A DNA stretch of 64,000 bases from Cycas panzhihuaensis (taxonomy: Eukaryota > Plantae > Cycadophyta), in the NCBI GenBank assembly GCA_023213395.1, contig CM041465.1:207025741-207089740 (forward strand), read 5' to 3'. Each line of letters starts with the position of its first letter. The first letter of the stretch is position 1. Of this stretch, positions 1-15,188 are shown in pieces. The translations under genes were made by a program, and so were the position numbers. The notes beneath the pieces were generated by a model, which did not search any database, was not told the DNA's origin, and worked only from the letters and a program-made list of their open reading frames with translations.

Positions 1-2745
1 ATATGTGAGAATAAGTACATATTCCAATACAAATATTAATACATATTTTCCCTCCTTCTAACCACTTCTTCCCTAGATTATGGCTTTCATCATGTTATCA
101 AACTCAAATCACCATAAAACCCTAATAGCCTTCAGTTTTATAAAAAATTATATTTTTAGAAAAAAAAATGAGAAGATAATATATGAATTAATAGATATAA
201 ACATCATTCAACAAAGTAAAAGCTTGTATTCCATACTAATTATCTTAGTAAGAAAAAAAGATGGATCCTTTTAGCATTGCATCAACTATTGGGAAAATTT
301 CCCATACCCTAAATTAATGACATACTAGATAAAACATATAGGATAACCTTTTCTAAAATAGGTCTTCAATCTAGGTATTATCAAATTCCTATTGCCCCTG
401 AGAGTCATCACAAAATTGTCTTTAGAATATATCACAAGCACTTTGAATTTTAAGTTAGAATTTTTGGCATTTATAATACCCTTATAATAATCCAAGCTCT
501 ATTGAATAAAATCTTTGCACTTTATCTTTATAAATTCATCATCATTTTCTTTGACATCTTTGTTTATGGTCAAATTTTGGATGATCATCTTTAACATCTA
601 GAAATAATTATCTGAATCCTTACCCAACATCAATTGTATACTAAACTACCTAAATATAAATTTAGTAAATTTAAATTATAATATCTTGGGTATATTATTT
701 CAAAAAAAAGAGTCCAAGTTGATCTAGACAAAATTTCTATCATTACCATATGGCCTATGCCCAAAACCCTTACTTAATTGGGAACTTTCTTAGGACTTAG
801 AGGTTTTTATTAATGGTTTGTTCATAATTATACCTCATTAGTAGCCCCATTAATAAATTTACTATGAAAAGAGGCATTTTAATAGTTATAAGAGGCAAAG
901 CAAGCCTTTAATAAACTTAAAGTTATTATGACATCCACTATTATTCTAGCCACCCTTGACTTCTCTTAATTCTTCTAATTAGAATGTGATGCTTTAGAAT
1001 TTAGTATAGATGTTATCCTAATATAAAATTTCCATCGAATAGCATTTAAAAGTCATAAACTTAAAGACTTTGAATGCCATTTGTTAATATATCAAAGAAA
1101 ATGAGAGATATTTTATATGTTACTATTAAACGATATCAATATCTTATAATATGTATGTTAACTATCTTAATAAACCTCCATATCCTTCATTACCTTCTAC
1201 ATCAACCATTCTTATTAGAAGAGCAAGCTAAATAGATTAATTATTTATAAGTTTTTGATTTCTCCATTAAGTATAAAAAATACAAGGAAAATATGGTTGT
1301 TAGTACCCTTTCCTACATCTCCATGGAGTCCCTCATGAATGAACCCCTTATAATATCCCCCACTAATGAACCTAGTATGCATGTAATTTTTAAATCCTAA
1401 CTATTATAGTTAATATAAATAACATCTGAAAATCTATCCCTCCAAGAGTTTGAAAAGTGGATATTTAAAGTTCATACCCCCAAATATTGGTCTTTATATA
1501 ATTCCAAACTATTATGCTAAAATCAAATTTTTATCCACCTTACCTTATCATTCATTCCATGGATTTTATCTGAATACCATTCCACTCTCATTGGTGGTCA
1601 CTTAAGATTTGATAAAACATACAGATGAATTTTATCTTCCTCTAAGCTTTCTATACACATCAAGGTAAATGGTAGGATATTATTATGGATTTCACCATAG
1701 GGTTACTATTGTTTGCTGAGTTTAGTTTAATATTATTATTCATTGATAGAATTACTAAGTATTTATATCTTTTTACCTATTCACACTTCTTATAAAGCTT
1801 TTCACCTAGTTGATCTTTATATCCATTCAATCTTTTATTTCCATGGGTTTTTATCATTAATAATCTATAATCAAAATCTAAAATTCTTAAGTATATTTTG
1901 GTAAGAACTCTTTCAGGCCTTTAGGACCTCATTTAACATGAGCCCAACTTACCATCAATAAAACAATGGTTAATCTAAAGTTTTGAATAAGACCTTAGAA
2001 ATATATTTATGATTCTTTACATTAAAACATTAACATAAATGGACTTCTTAGCTAGCTCTTACAGAATATTGTTATAACTCTTCATGCCACTTAGTGATTG
2101 GCATGTCCCCTTTTATGGACATGGATATTTACCCTTATCTCACCACACTCTTGCCATTAATCTTTGTACTATTATAGTCTAATAAAAACACTAAGACATG
2201 GATAAGATTATGCATACACTTAAACAAAACCTTATAATAACCTAAAATTACATAAAATAAGTAGCCATCTATCATCGTTCTAATTGATTATTTGATGTGG
2301 CTTATTTTGTGTTCTCTCAACTTTAATCATATAATTAAAAGTTTCTTAAATATCATAAAATCCAAAAGTTAAGTCCCTATTACTATTACCCATACAAGAT
2401 TTTTCAATGAATTGGTCAAGTTGCATATGCACTTGAGCTCCCTTGCCATGCCCATCCCCCGACCTTTTCCCCCTAACAACCCACCAAAACACATAAATCC
2501 ATAACATATTCCATGTCTCATGCCGTGAAAAAAACCTTAGAAATAACATAATATCTTAATCTACCTTACCAGTTTCAAATGAAGAGAAACATCTCACTAT
2601 TTTACCTAACCATCTTCTTACTAATCAATAATGATTCCTTTAGAATAGGATCATTTCTAAGTACTTGTTATAGTGGGCCAACCATTAGCTAAATGAAGTA
2701 ATATGAGAGTCCACCAAATTTGTTAAGCAACATCCTCATCTTCTA
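1..2745 (+). pseudogene. pol: Gypsy pol remnant (RT, RNase H, integrase, chromodomain) with many stops and frameshifts
   Basis: ORF 80-274 ends ..IIQQSKSLYSILIILVRKKDGSF. Also GLQSRYYQI (~361), FIIIFFDIFVYG (~535), LECDALE (~980), MDFTIGL (~1686) and chromodomain-like SKYLL*WANH..EVI*E (~2655-2710). Confidence 0.9.
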
Positions 2746-3221
2746 ATTAATTTTAAGGACTTAACATCTTAGGGGAGGGGACTTATTAAATGACCTCTCT
2801 TCATTAAGAAAAAATGGTTAAGCTAACACTTATGATAAGGAGACTTTAATGGTTAGTGTTAGTTGCTAACTTTTGTGTATGGGTCACTTAGGTCTACTAA
2901 TGGAAATTAAGGTCATTTTTTCCACCAATGGTGTCTTATGAAAAGGGGCCTCTCTTGCATATTTAATGCTAACTTATTATAAAGGTAAGGTTATTGAATC
3001 TTGTCATTTTCTAGAGGTTATACTTCGATACCCTATTTTTAGTGTTCTCTTGGTTATTTATATTGAACTTTTGATATTTTCTTTGTAATCCATCTTACAA
3101 ATTATAATAAATTGATGCAATATTACCTAAGATTCTTGTGTGTATATATATATATATATATAGACACACACACACACACACACACAAGTTTGAAGAATTC
3201 TTAGTGTAAATTCATTCTACA
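1..3221 (+). mobile_element. Ty3/Gypsy chromovirus LTR retrotransposon, 3' half (degenerate; 5' part outside window)
   Basis: Domain order RT-RH-INT-chromodomain, then PPT AGGGGAGGGG (2771-2780) and an LTR at ~2784-3221. The LTR shares the motif TATGGGTCACTT..CTAATGGAAA with the LTRs of elements G and H. LTR end is approximate. Confidence 0.88.
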
Positions 3222-3571
3222 TTTTCGCATTCTTATATATCTATGCCCTTCCTTCCATATTTAACCAAAGTTGCATGTTGCTTCTTATAGATGTGTCAAT
3301 ATTTTTTTTTTTACATTTCATCTTTTTTAGGGTGATTATCTCTTTAAATCCAAATTCAGATGAAATTGTTCCCATAATCATCTCCATGTGTCTTTCCCTA
3401 TGTACTTCCTCTTTTAGAGCTTTTGCTCTCTTCCTCTAATCTGTGTTGTTAATAATGATTGGATTTATTTTATCCTTTGCTTTTTTTTTTTCTTTCATCT
3501 TTTTTTTCTCTTTATAAATATATTATAACTTATTCATCAAAAAACACATGAAATCCTTTCCCATTTTTTAC

Positions 3572-3713
<142 letters not shown>

Positions 3714-3751
3714 TATTTAAACTCTTTTCTATAGACACTATATAGATTTAC

Positions 3752-6700
3752 TATAAAAAATCATAAATAACAAAAATAATATTTACAAAAATAAAAAATA
3801 AGGCACTAGGATTAGAACAGTACCCTTAAGGTACCCCAAATTAAATTAATACCATAATGACATATTTACATCAAATATTACATATGATAGATTAGATGTG
3901 TGTTTATAATACATGATATGATAATATGTGGGACCTATTATAAAGTAACAACATCATAATAATATAATGCATACAAATGTATATTACTAATATGCCTTGA
4001 GAACCATGAACTAAGCTATTCCAACACTCCCCCCTTAATGCACATTTGGGTCATTTGAATTTGCAACACCTTATCCTTGGAAATGTCTTGAAGATGATGT
4101 CTTCAACTTGATCATTGCCTTTAATCCTATATAGATGTATTTATTGTAGGATGATGTCTTTAACTTGACTTTTATCTTCAATCTTGTAATGATATCTTTG
4201 TTATAGTATCTTTAACAAGCATAAATCTTGATTCTTCATCATGGATGGTCTAGTTTGATTTTGATATAGATCTTGTAAGTGACTATCTTTATAAACTCCT
4301 TCAAATTTTACTTTAAGCATATCTTCAAACACAACCTATTTTTCATCAACATCATCTTTAATAGGAGCATTAGAAACATCAATTTCTTGACCATGATCAT
4401 TGGTAGATTATTTATTTCTAATAATAGTAATTGGTTCTTCACTCCTAACATCTTTAATAGTAGTAGTAGTCTCATTAGTATATTCAACCATAGTCTCACT
4501 AATATATTTAACCATAGATTCTTCATATACCTTTTTATCAATATAAATAGTGCTTTCTTCATTCCCTTTACCATAATCATCAATAGTCTTATTTGTCTTT
4601 TTAATCATTTCTTATATCTCCTTAGGAGTTTATTCAAATACATCTCTTAAAATATCCAATATTTCTTAGTAGTACTAGTATGAAGAATATTAGGAAAGAT
4701 AAAATAATATGTTGAAGGAAGATTAACCTTATCTAATGCAATAAGAATTATAATAAATGCTTGTTTATCTTTCTTCTCAAGAATTTCCTTTTCCTCTTTA
4801 TCCTTACAAATATCATATCCATCAGTAACAAATTTCCACACACTTATAGCTATAAATAGGTACCTCATTTTAATTGTCCAAAAGAAATAGTTTTCTCCAT
4901 TACACTTAGGTATTAGAAGATGTAAATCCCTTAAGTAATATTCATTTACCTCATGAACGTATAAGACCATTTCATTCTCCTCCACGATTGTAAGTATACC
5001 TCCTAGTAACACCTCCATTTTATCAATCAATAAACACACCTAATATTGGTAACTTACCCATTAATCATGCTTAAAAAAATCTCTCATATCTCATGTCACT
5101 CATGTCATTGACTTTATCATATCATTTCCTTATACATTTCTCACATTGACAAATAGTCACATACAAAGAGTATCTAAAACACTTACCTCACCATCAAATT
5201 AATGCCTCATACATACCATATATATCACAAAGATCACACTTTACTTAATTGCCTTAATGCTTCAATAACATGACTCATGCCATAAACATCACCCTACAAT
5301 AGACTCATGCATACATTGTTGCAAAACAAGACCCTTTTTATAATGAAAATTCATCATAAATCAATCCACATGTCTTGTCTTTTCAAATTTGGAACCTCCT
5401 TTATAATTATTAAATGAGAAACTAAGAACCTAAAAATTCATCTCAAATGTATCTTATATTAGCCATATAATCACACAACTTTTCCAACTAAATAATATCA
5501 ACTATATCTTTGATTTTAGGACCTTATTCTACCTCCAAGTCCTTTTTAGGACCTAAATATATAATTTACAATAAATTTCCTTAAAATGGTTTATAACAGC
5601 CTTCTAGGGTTTAAATAATAGTTGGTCTAGGATCAAGGAATAGGCAAAAGAATGATGTAAAAGATACGTAAGAAAATTCTATTGAGTTACCATGCAGGGA
5701 TCTAACACAAAGACTCAACTTTGGACTAACGTTTCTCTGTGAAAATAGTATTAAAATAAGTTAAATTATATATCAAAATGATGGGCTCTAAGTCAAGATT
5801 CCAACAGTTTAAACGATTCAAAAAACTGACTCCTAGAACTCAATATATTGAGAAAAATACACAAATATCCCTTTATGATAAAATAAGAATTAAAAAAAAA
5901 GGTTTTAATACCCTTCGCTACTTAGTTGTTGGTGATATGTACCCCTCACATGACAAAGGACCAAAATGCATAATGCTCTTGGGCTTCAACTAAAATTTTA
6001 ATTTAATTAAAATTTTCTAAAACATTGTAAAAAATAAAAATTTGGTGTAATGTGAAAAATTTTGTTGTTGCACATGAATTTTCATCACATAGGTGATTGA
6101 GCACTCAAATCAATTCATAAATTAGAATTAAATCATACAAATTGAAATCTCCCCATCAATGTCAATTAAATATATTAATGATATTATTAATCCCACATTC
6201 AATATCCTCATGTGGTGACTTAATATGAACATGAAATGGTAACTTGCAAACTATCACTCAAGGTAACTTATTAAAATCAATGGGAAATTAAATAAATCAA
6301 AGGTGTCATAGATCAAAATTATATTATAAAATTAGGTGATTGAATTATTCAAATGGCATCTTCAAAAATATTATCAAAATGTGCCAAATATCACGATTAT
6401 ATAAAATCAACACAATTTTTTTGACAAATGAAAAAAATGACCAAAGTTAAATCATATAGCTTTTAGCCAATGAAATATAAAGAAATACCTTGGATTTTAG
6501 CTGTAAATATATACGGTTATGTAGTTATTCCATGATGATTGAAATCTACATACATGCAATTTATTAAACCATATATATCTCACAATGTTAGAATAATTTT
6601 TTAATGTCTCAGCTTAGCTACACACTCTATATATTTCTCTGTATATCTGGCTTTATTCCTCTTCTATGGTGGCTTTGTAATCATCTACAACCTCTCCATT

Positions 6701-7301
6701 ATCTCAATCTTTGCATTGATACCTTGTAACTCTTACCAATATCTTTCTTATACTATAGTTTTATGACGAATGGAATCACGAACCAACTGGCAAATTGTAC
6801 TAGTAAATAATTCTTCAAAGCACCTCCTCATACATCAATGGGTCTAGGGTTTTTCTTCACACTGGAAAAAATAATAATTCTATTCTACAACTAGGGTTTC
6901 AGTTTAACCACCCATAACTATATAGGTCCACAACGATGGCTTGATTAACTTCTCCCAATAAACAAACTTGTAATAATCACTTGGAGTCTTAAGAAAAACT
7001 TACATAACCTAGCTACTCTGATACCATGTTGAAAATCATAAACAACAAAAATAATATTTGTAGAAAATAAAAATAAAGCACCAGGATCAGAATGGTATCC
7101 TTAAGGTACCCGAAATTAAATTAACACCATAATGACATATTTACATGAGATATTACATATGATAGATTAGATGTGTATTTATAATACATGATATGATAAT
7201 ATGTTGGACCTATTATAAAATACCAATATCATAATAATATAATAAACACAAATGTGCATTACTAATATGCCTTGGGAATTGAGATTCAAGCTATTCCAAC
7301 A
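3752..7301 (-). mobile_element. Non-autonomous Ty1/Copia derivative 'A' (3.55 kb, complete ends)
   Basis: 275-bp LTRs at 3752-4026 and 7027-7301 (about 86% identical by hand count). TSD TTTAC at 3747-3751 and 7302-7306. PBS TGGTATCAGAG (rc of 7016-7026) and PPT AAGGGGGGAG (rc of 4027-4036). Confidence 0.93.
4060..4935 (-). pseudogene. gag: Copia gag N-terminal remnant joined to an RNase H C-terminal remnant (element A)
   Basis: ORF 4647-5039 contains PKCNGENYFFWTIKMRYLFIAISVWKFVTDGY (Copia Gag N-terminus). The rc of ~4070-4140 reads RIKGNDQVEDIIFKTF, resembling the RNase H-terminal DQVADIFTK motif. Confidence 0.75.
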
Positions 7302-7306
7302 TTTAC

Positions 7307-8444
7307 AGCACTCATTACTGTATGAGATCTTTACATTTCAAGAAGATAAATAAATCTTTACAGAAAAAAGAATTGTTACAAAATGCATGTTCCTTTTTTA
7401 ATCAAACCCTTGGGGATTTCTATAAGTAACAATTATCAAAAGGAGATAATTTAAAATTCTTCCATTAAAAAGACTTCATTCTTTTACTTCTTATTATTGG
7501 TTGTTATACTCTTCACCTACAAACTAATATTTTTCTCCTTCCGTAAATAAGGAGTCATTTTTAACCTCTTGATAGTAAAAAAACATCTCCTTCAAATGCT
7601 ATATATAGATCCTTTGTAATCTATCCATTGGTTTGTAAAGAGTTTTCTATATATTAACTGAAATTTACTCCCTTCTAATAAAAAATAATAACACACATTC
7701 ATAAATATAAACTTTAACAAGGCAACTTGCATGCAATTTTTTTGGTTGTCACATGCATCAAATAGTCTACCTATTTTAACTTTTAAATGCTTATGCAAAT
7801 CTTTTAAAATGCCCCAAAATTTCTTTTTTAAAGATTTAATAAATCATCCCTAAAGGATACATTTTCAATACATTAAAATAGCTACAAATAACTTTTGAAA
7901 CCTCTCCCAAAATGGATATATTACAAGTCATAGAATAGCCATTAAAAGGTTCTAAGAAACATATAAAACTTATAAAAAATGGCTCCTAAAGGATTCAACC
8001 TTAGGCTTTAGTATCATGTTGGAAATTTTGATATCTAACTCTAATGTTGAGATGGAAATTTGATATACAACTTTGATACCATGAAGTTAGGTGAATACAT
8101 GCAAAAGCTATGACAATGTAAATAGACCTAACCAAGATATGGAATTAGACAAGGAGGTGTGTGAGAGAGCATAATAATACTTAATAAAATGAAATATGTA
8201 CAAATAAACAATGAACAAGGATATTGAAGAATGACCAAACATCATCTTATTTAAAGAATCAAGTATATATTTATAATATATTTTACCTCAATTCATGAAC
8301 CCTCAAAGTCAACCTTTATGTGTTATAAACATTCTAAGTGGCAAATAGAACTAGGTGACTATAATATAAAATTCACAAATAATTAAGAGAGTGTGAAAGG
8401 GATTTGGGATCACAACTAATATAATTAAATATTACTATCCAACA
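7307..8444 (-). mobile_element. LTR family 'F' copy 1: leader fragment, triple PBS array and LTR (8082-8444)
   Basis: LTR TGAAGTTAGG...CCAACA is homologous to 42519-42883 and to 43949 onward. Leader ~7860-8004 aligns with ~43700-43832. PBS-like 12-mers at 8005, 8038 and 8070. Confidence 0.75.
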
Positions 8445-8931
8445 CTATTATCTTCATGTAATGAAATAGAAAACATGCAATATATGGCCATGTTATCACT
8501 TTCTAATCATTATTCAAAAGTCTAATAGAATAGAAAATGATATAAACCATTTAATATATTTTATATCTATATAACATTTTATTCATTAATACTATATTTA
8601 GTGGCCACTAACTTTACTAAGCACTCAAGTATCTACTATAGTATATTATATGTATCTTAATCCATTTTATTTACCAAACATCATAAAATTCATATAAAAG
8701 AATTCTATTTAGGTCTAAACATCAATTCCCATATCTTTAAACATAAAGAGATGAAGTATAATCTTTTAACTTACTTTGATTAGCAATCCCTTTGGTGTAA
8801 GACCCTTATATTCTATAATCCATGCCAAATCCTTATTAGATTACTACCTAATATCAATCTTACTTTATCATTATAGCATCCTAACTTCTCTAACCTAGTA
8901 AGGTAAGATCATGAACACATTCTCTATTTAT

Positions 8932-10650
8932 TATTCTACTACACATAATATGTTTCTACATCTAGTAGTATGTTAAATACTATACAATATATAACTATGT
9001 AATTTGTATTAAAATCACCTCAATATCCCTTAATATCTACTACTAAATAGTATGCATATAATATTCCATATTCCATATTATATAACTATTACAAAAGTGT
9101 TCAAATCTAGATCCATATTATATAATACATATTATAGAGTTTATGTAAAAGTAACCAAATCTAATTCTACATTATATACTACATATTATGTTTCTAGAAT
9201 ACACTCACTTCCATAAATTTACTGTCTTCAATTTATCCATCATATATTGAGGCATCCACTCCCTTATTATTCCCTTTAATGTTGTAGAATGTACTATTCT
9301 ACTACACATAATATATTTATATATCTAGCATTGTGTTATATACTATACATATATAATTGTGTAGTATATAATCAAAGCACCTATGCATTCATTGGTATCT
9401 ATTACTAAATAATATATACATAGACTACTATATTATGTATAATACATTATATATATTTTATAAAATTGCTCAAATATAGAGCCATATTATATTATATATA
9501 TCACATAGTATATGTGAAAGTGGTTATACTTAATTCCACATTATATATTATATTGTATCATTATAAATTACGTTCACAATCATAGCCTTTCTATTCACTA
9601 ACTCAATAGTGTGGTAAAACCTCTTTATTCACATTTTCATAGATATTTTTGTGTGAAATTTCTCCATCACATAATATAGTAGTTTTTTTATTGGCTATTC
9701 CCATCTAATTCCCAATATTTGATTCCATATTCTATTATTTAGTCTATATACTATGTGGTATTCTACTATGCATAATATATTCATTCATCTAGTCTTGTAT
9801 TATTTACTATATAATACATAACTATATAGCATATAGTAAAAGAAATTATACATCCCATTGTATCTACTACTATATATATATATAATTCTATATTTGATAC
9901 TACATACTATATGTATTTTATAGAAGTACTAAAAACTGTAACCATCTTACATAATATGTATTACAACATTTATAGAAGAATAAATATATCTTCTTCTATA
10001 ATATATACTACATATCATATGGATATACATTGTCCTATATAATAAAAATTTCCTTGTCTATGATTTTATATTACTCTTTATATGATATATATATTCTATA
10101 CTGCATATGCTATACATTAATAATTATTTTGTTATTGTCTAATATCAATCTTGATTTATGACTATAACATCCAAATTTGTTGAACGTGGTAGAAATGATT
10201 CATAAATGTTTTCTTTCTATTAGTTAATTTAATAAGGTGTTAAAACTTCTTTATGCTCATTTTTATAAATTCCTTATCTATAATTTCTTGACCATATAGG
10301 AATCCATGCTTTCCTAGCTACTTCCATTTCATTCCCAATATTTGATTCCATATTTCACTATACATTACATAGACTATGCATTATTCTACTGCATAGAATA
10401 TATTTGTGTGATTAGTATTATATTATATACTACATATTATACAATTATACAGTATGTAGTAATAGCACTTATATAACCCATCATATATACTACCAAATAT
10501 TATATGCATATAATTATATATTCTATACTGCACACTATAGCACTTTTATAAATGTGCTCAAATCTAGATCCATATTGCACAATATGTATTATATAGTTTA
10601 TTTCAAGAATAATTGTCTTATTCCATCTTTTATACTACATATTATTTGTC
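8932..10650. repeat. Array of four degenerate ~260-bp AT-rich repeats separated by variable spacers
   Basis: Units start TATTCTACTACACATAATAT-like at ~8932, ~9295, ~9758 and ~10382. They share collinear internal motifs (ATCTAG, TATCTACTAC, TCAAATCTAGATCCATATT). Confidence 0.8.
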
Positions 10651-11609
10651 TATATTTTATTTCATATATACTATACTTTTCCATGTATATGATTTCATAT
10701 TATTCTTTATATGACTTATATATTGTCTATTACATATGGTATATACTAATATATATTCTATATTAGATGCCTAATTTTATAGTGTATGCTAAACTTATAT
10801 AGGCTTTACATACATTTATTTCCTATTGTATACTATACACTACATATACTATATATGATTATATACTATGCATATCTTATAGTGTCATACAATATGATAT
10901 GATAATATGATCTATATACTATATGGTGTTATACTCTATATATTATATACAACATTATATCCTATGTGTGCTATAGAGGGTTATATATACATATAATATA
11001 TATTATCATAAACTTTATAATATATAGTATAGAACTATATATTATATTACTCTATAGTTAATAATGTTATTCAAAACCTATCATACCTTATACCATTCAT
11101 AAGCCTAGTTGTGTAGGCTTCTAAATAGATCATTCTAATTTATGACCTCAATTAGGAAACAAATATTGATCATACTTACTGGTGTAGAAATATCACTACA
11201 ATTTTCTATTAGAAACAAACATGCAAAACATAATATATATCATTTATGTATACAATAAGCATGAAAGATACAAATATATAGTACAAAGATTTACATGGAA
11301 AACCTTTTAGCAAAAATTCATAGTAAAATAATTATGGTTACATTGATATAAAGATATATTATAATGGACTTCATATTACTTTAAATCGATTCTCAAGTGT
11401 ACATACATCGGCCTATGTTAGCCTTAATACAATATTATTTGTCATTAATTTAATCTTCATAATATTCGCACCACATTTAACATTAGTCAGTTAAGTTACC
11501 ACTTTAACATCCCCCCTTAATATAAATATAAGGTCTTGAAGTCATCATAAGGGTTGTATTATCCTTTATCTTTATCCTTGTAGATATACCCCCTCTCAAA
11601 GATAACTTC

Positions 11610-14340
11610 ACTAAGGCCTAAATTAGCACAAATCTTAATGAAGTGGTCTTTAATAAGAGCTTTGGTAAACATGTATATAAGTTATTCTTCACTTGGATAA
11701 AATTCTACCTATGACTTCCCTAATCTAATCTACTCATAGATGTAATAGTATTAGATCTATATATACTTCATACATGTATGAAATTTTAGATTCTTTGAAA
11801 GTCTAATAGCATTCTAATTATTAATAAGTATAATAAGTGTACTAGAAGATGTTCTAAGATTCTCCAAAAATTCTTATAACCATACTAATTACCTTACACC
11901 TATATTAAGTCCTTAGAATTTAGCCTCTGTAGAAGATAATACAATAGTGGTTTACTTATTGGATTGCCATGACATAAACCCATTACTAATATCAAAAATA
12001 TATCCAATCATTAATTTCCTATCTTCAGCATATCCATCCTAGTCTACACTAGTATACCCATGTAATTTCACCTCTCTAATTCAAAGGTATTCAAGGCCAA
12101 CATTAAGTGTTCCCTTAACATACTTTAAAATTCTCCTTATAGTAACCTAATGAGGTTCTTGTGGATTTTGCATATAATAAGATACCAATCCAACAACATA
12201 AGTAATATCAGGCCTAATATGAGTTAAGTAAATTAAACTTCCTACCAATTATTAATATAGAGTTATATCTATAGTAGGCATATCCATATCTTTCAAGAGT
12301 TTTATGCCCTTTACATATGGTATCTTCACTGGTTTATAATCCTTCATCATGAACCTCTCAAGCAAGTTCCTTGCATATTACGATTACAATATCATGATGT
12401 GATCATTCATCTACCTAAATTCAATGCCTAATAAATAATAAAGTGGCCCAAGTTCTATCATATCAAAAGTGTGTCCTAAATAGGACTTTGTAACTATAAT
12501 AGTCTTATTATCATTACCCATAATAATAAGGTCATCCACATACAACACAATAACAACTATTGTAGATCCATTTCTTTGTATATATAGGCTCAGCTCTAAT
12601 TCTATTGTCACAAAACCATCTTCTTTTAATTTAGTATCTATTTTGGTATTCTAAGAACATGGTGCTTATTTTAGGCCATAGAGATATTTCTTCAAGTGAC
12701 ACACTAAATGCTTATGTCCCTCCTTCATAAAACTAAGAGATTAAGACATATAGATCTCCTCTTTTAAGACTCTATTAAGGAATGTTAATTTTACGTCTAT
12801 TTGGTATAACTCCTAACTATATGTAGTTATTAATGTAAGGATCAATCAGACTATTTTCATCCTAGAGATTAGTATAAATGTCTCTTCATAATCAATTCAT
12901 TCTTTTTGTTTAAACCTTTGCATAACAAATCTAGCCTTATATTTGTCTACCTCTCCATTAGAGCAAAACTTTATCATATAGACCCACTTACAACTGACTA
13001 GGTTCTTAGAACGAGGTAAGAGAACTAAATCCCATATGTCATTTTTCATGATTGAACTATACTTCTCCTCTATTATGACTCTCCATCATAGATCTTCTTT
13101 TTCTTTATACAAAATAGAACTATTAGAATCATTGGTTTTCACCACTAAAGTTTGACTAACATGTTGACTTCTCATTTGTTATCTATATTCAAGATCTTCT
13201 ATTGTTATACTGGATTTTTTAATAATCCTTGAAGCCCATAATAGAACATATGATATCTTTTATGCTTCTTCTTATGATAGTTCCTCATTATTACTTCCAC
13301 TTGGTTCAACTTCTATTTCTATCATAGTGCTTAACTACTTATCCTTTACACCTATTAAAACATAACTTTAAAATGGAAGAAGTGGAGGATAAAATCCATC
13401 TTCAGATAACCACTCAATATGATCCATTATTAACTCATCAAACTTAACATCTTGACTAATCAAAAGCTTCCTTTCCTATGGATCCTAAAGTCTATAAGAT
13501 TTATTCCTTTCTGAGTACCCCATGAAGATACACTTTAAACTCTTATAATCCAACTTCTTTTAACATACATCTAAGATGTGTATATATATAACACACCCAA
13601 ATACTTTAAAATAATAAATGGAAGGTTTCTAACTGGTCCATCACTCCTTGAGGATAATTTGATGAATAGATTTTATAGGTACCCTCTTCAAAATATAAAT
13701 AGTTATCACAATAGCTTCTACCCAAAACATTGGTCATAGATTTTTTACATGCACTATACACCTTAATATCTCTATAATGACATGATTCTTTCTCTCTACA
13801 ATACCATTTTATTGTAGGGTAGATAGGATAGTTAGTTCCCATTTGATACCATGATCAAGGCAAAACTAATTAAAGGTGTTATTGCCATACTCTTTTCTAT
13901 TATCACTTCTCAGAATCTTTATTTTCTTATCACTCTCATTCTCAACTTGAACTTTCTATTTATAAAAGAAATCAAATTCTTTAGGCTTAATTTTCAAGAA
14001 GAAGACCTAGGCTTTCCTACTATAATCATCTATAAATATAAGAATAAAATGAGCATCTAATATAAAAGGATTTGATAATGGCCTCATTAAATTAATATGT
14101 ATGAGTTATAGCTTCTCCTTTGATCTTTAAGCATAATGCATAATAAAAGGATATTAATGGTGCTTCTTATATAGATATCCTTTATAAATGCCTTCAAAAT
14201 ATAGAACCGTAGTATACCTACCACCATCTTTAACCTATTTATAAGGCTAATATATTGAGAAGATAATGTCCCAATAACCTAAAACTACCACCAAGATCTA
14301 AACTATTTTGCAATTAGTTATAGGAATCGAAGCTGAAATT
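11610..14340 (-). pseudogene. pol: Copia B integrase-RT-RNase H remnant
   Basis: IVLYVDDLII (ORF 12411-12611), MKNDIWDLV (~13030), KLDYKSLKCIFMGY (~13530) and MFTKAL (~11665). Confidence 0.9.
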
Positions 14341-14345
14341 TAACA

Positions 14346-14893
14346 TGTAAGTTCTTAAACTAGAGATAATATAATAAAATAAAAAAGAAAGCCAAGCATC
14401 ACATATACACCTGATATAATATGGTAAAACCCTAGCAGTGTGCTAGGGAAACATCCATACAGGAAATGTATTGATCTTTATTATCAAAGAATGGAGAAAT
14501 ATACACAATCTATGGTAGAATGCTCACAACAACAATAACCATCTGCCCAAATCTTCACCGGACATCCAATACATTGAACATCATCAACATAATAAAAAAA
14601 CACCCTAAATCAGGTTATATGAGAGAGTCATACAAAGCACAAATCTCAACCATAGAATCTAAGGTATTTTTAGTGAACGACCCTGATTCTCTTTATAATT
14701 CAGTATATTTTTCAGTGCTAGTTTTTTGGGTTAGGGGTTATCGCCCCTAAACCCTCTCTTTGTGGGGGACATTCTAACACCCCTACATCTCCTTAGCCAA
14801 GGGAGGATTCCACCCACCTTGGAACCCCTGAGGAAGTTTTGGGGGAAACTGTGCTATCAACCTGTCAAAATTTTAACCTCCAAAATATTATCA
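14346..14893. mobile_element. Solo-LTR-like insertion (~550 bp) interrupting Copia B pol
   Basis: TG...CA ends; the Copia B sequence resumes on either side. Contains hairpins CCCTAGCA-GTG-TGCTAGGG and GGGTTAGGGG..CCCCTAAACCC. TSD is not clean (TAACA/TCATA). Confidence 0.6.
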
Positions 14894-15188
14894 TCATATT
14901 ATCTGATATAATACTCATATAGTTAAGATTTCTAAGATACTCATGCCACAACTTGCTCATAACATTATCACTAGTAACAAAGACATAAGATTTTTTTTAG
15001 GCTCTAAATTTCTCAAGCACCCAAAAGTCATCTTAAATTTTCCTAGTAGTAATGATAGAAAAGTTCTTTGTAGTATCCTTAACTTTATATTTATTATTAT
15101 AAAGCTTAATTTTTATACCTTGTTTATAGAATTTCTAGGCAGAAAGAAGATTAATTTTCATCTTAGGTATAAAACAAACCCCATTAAG

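Noticed and set aside
4279-4650. 123-aa plus-strand ORF
   Set aside because: It is antisense to the decayed coding strand of element A, with F/I/N-rich composition from AT bias.
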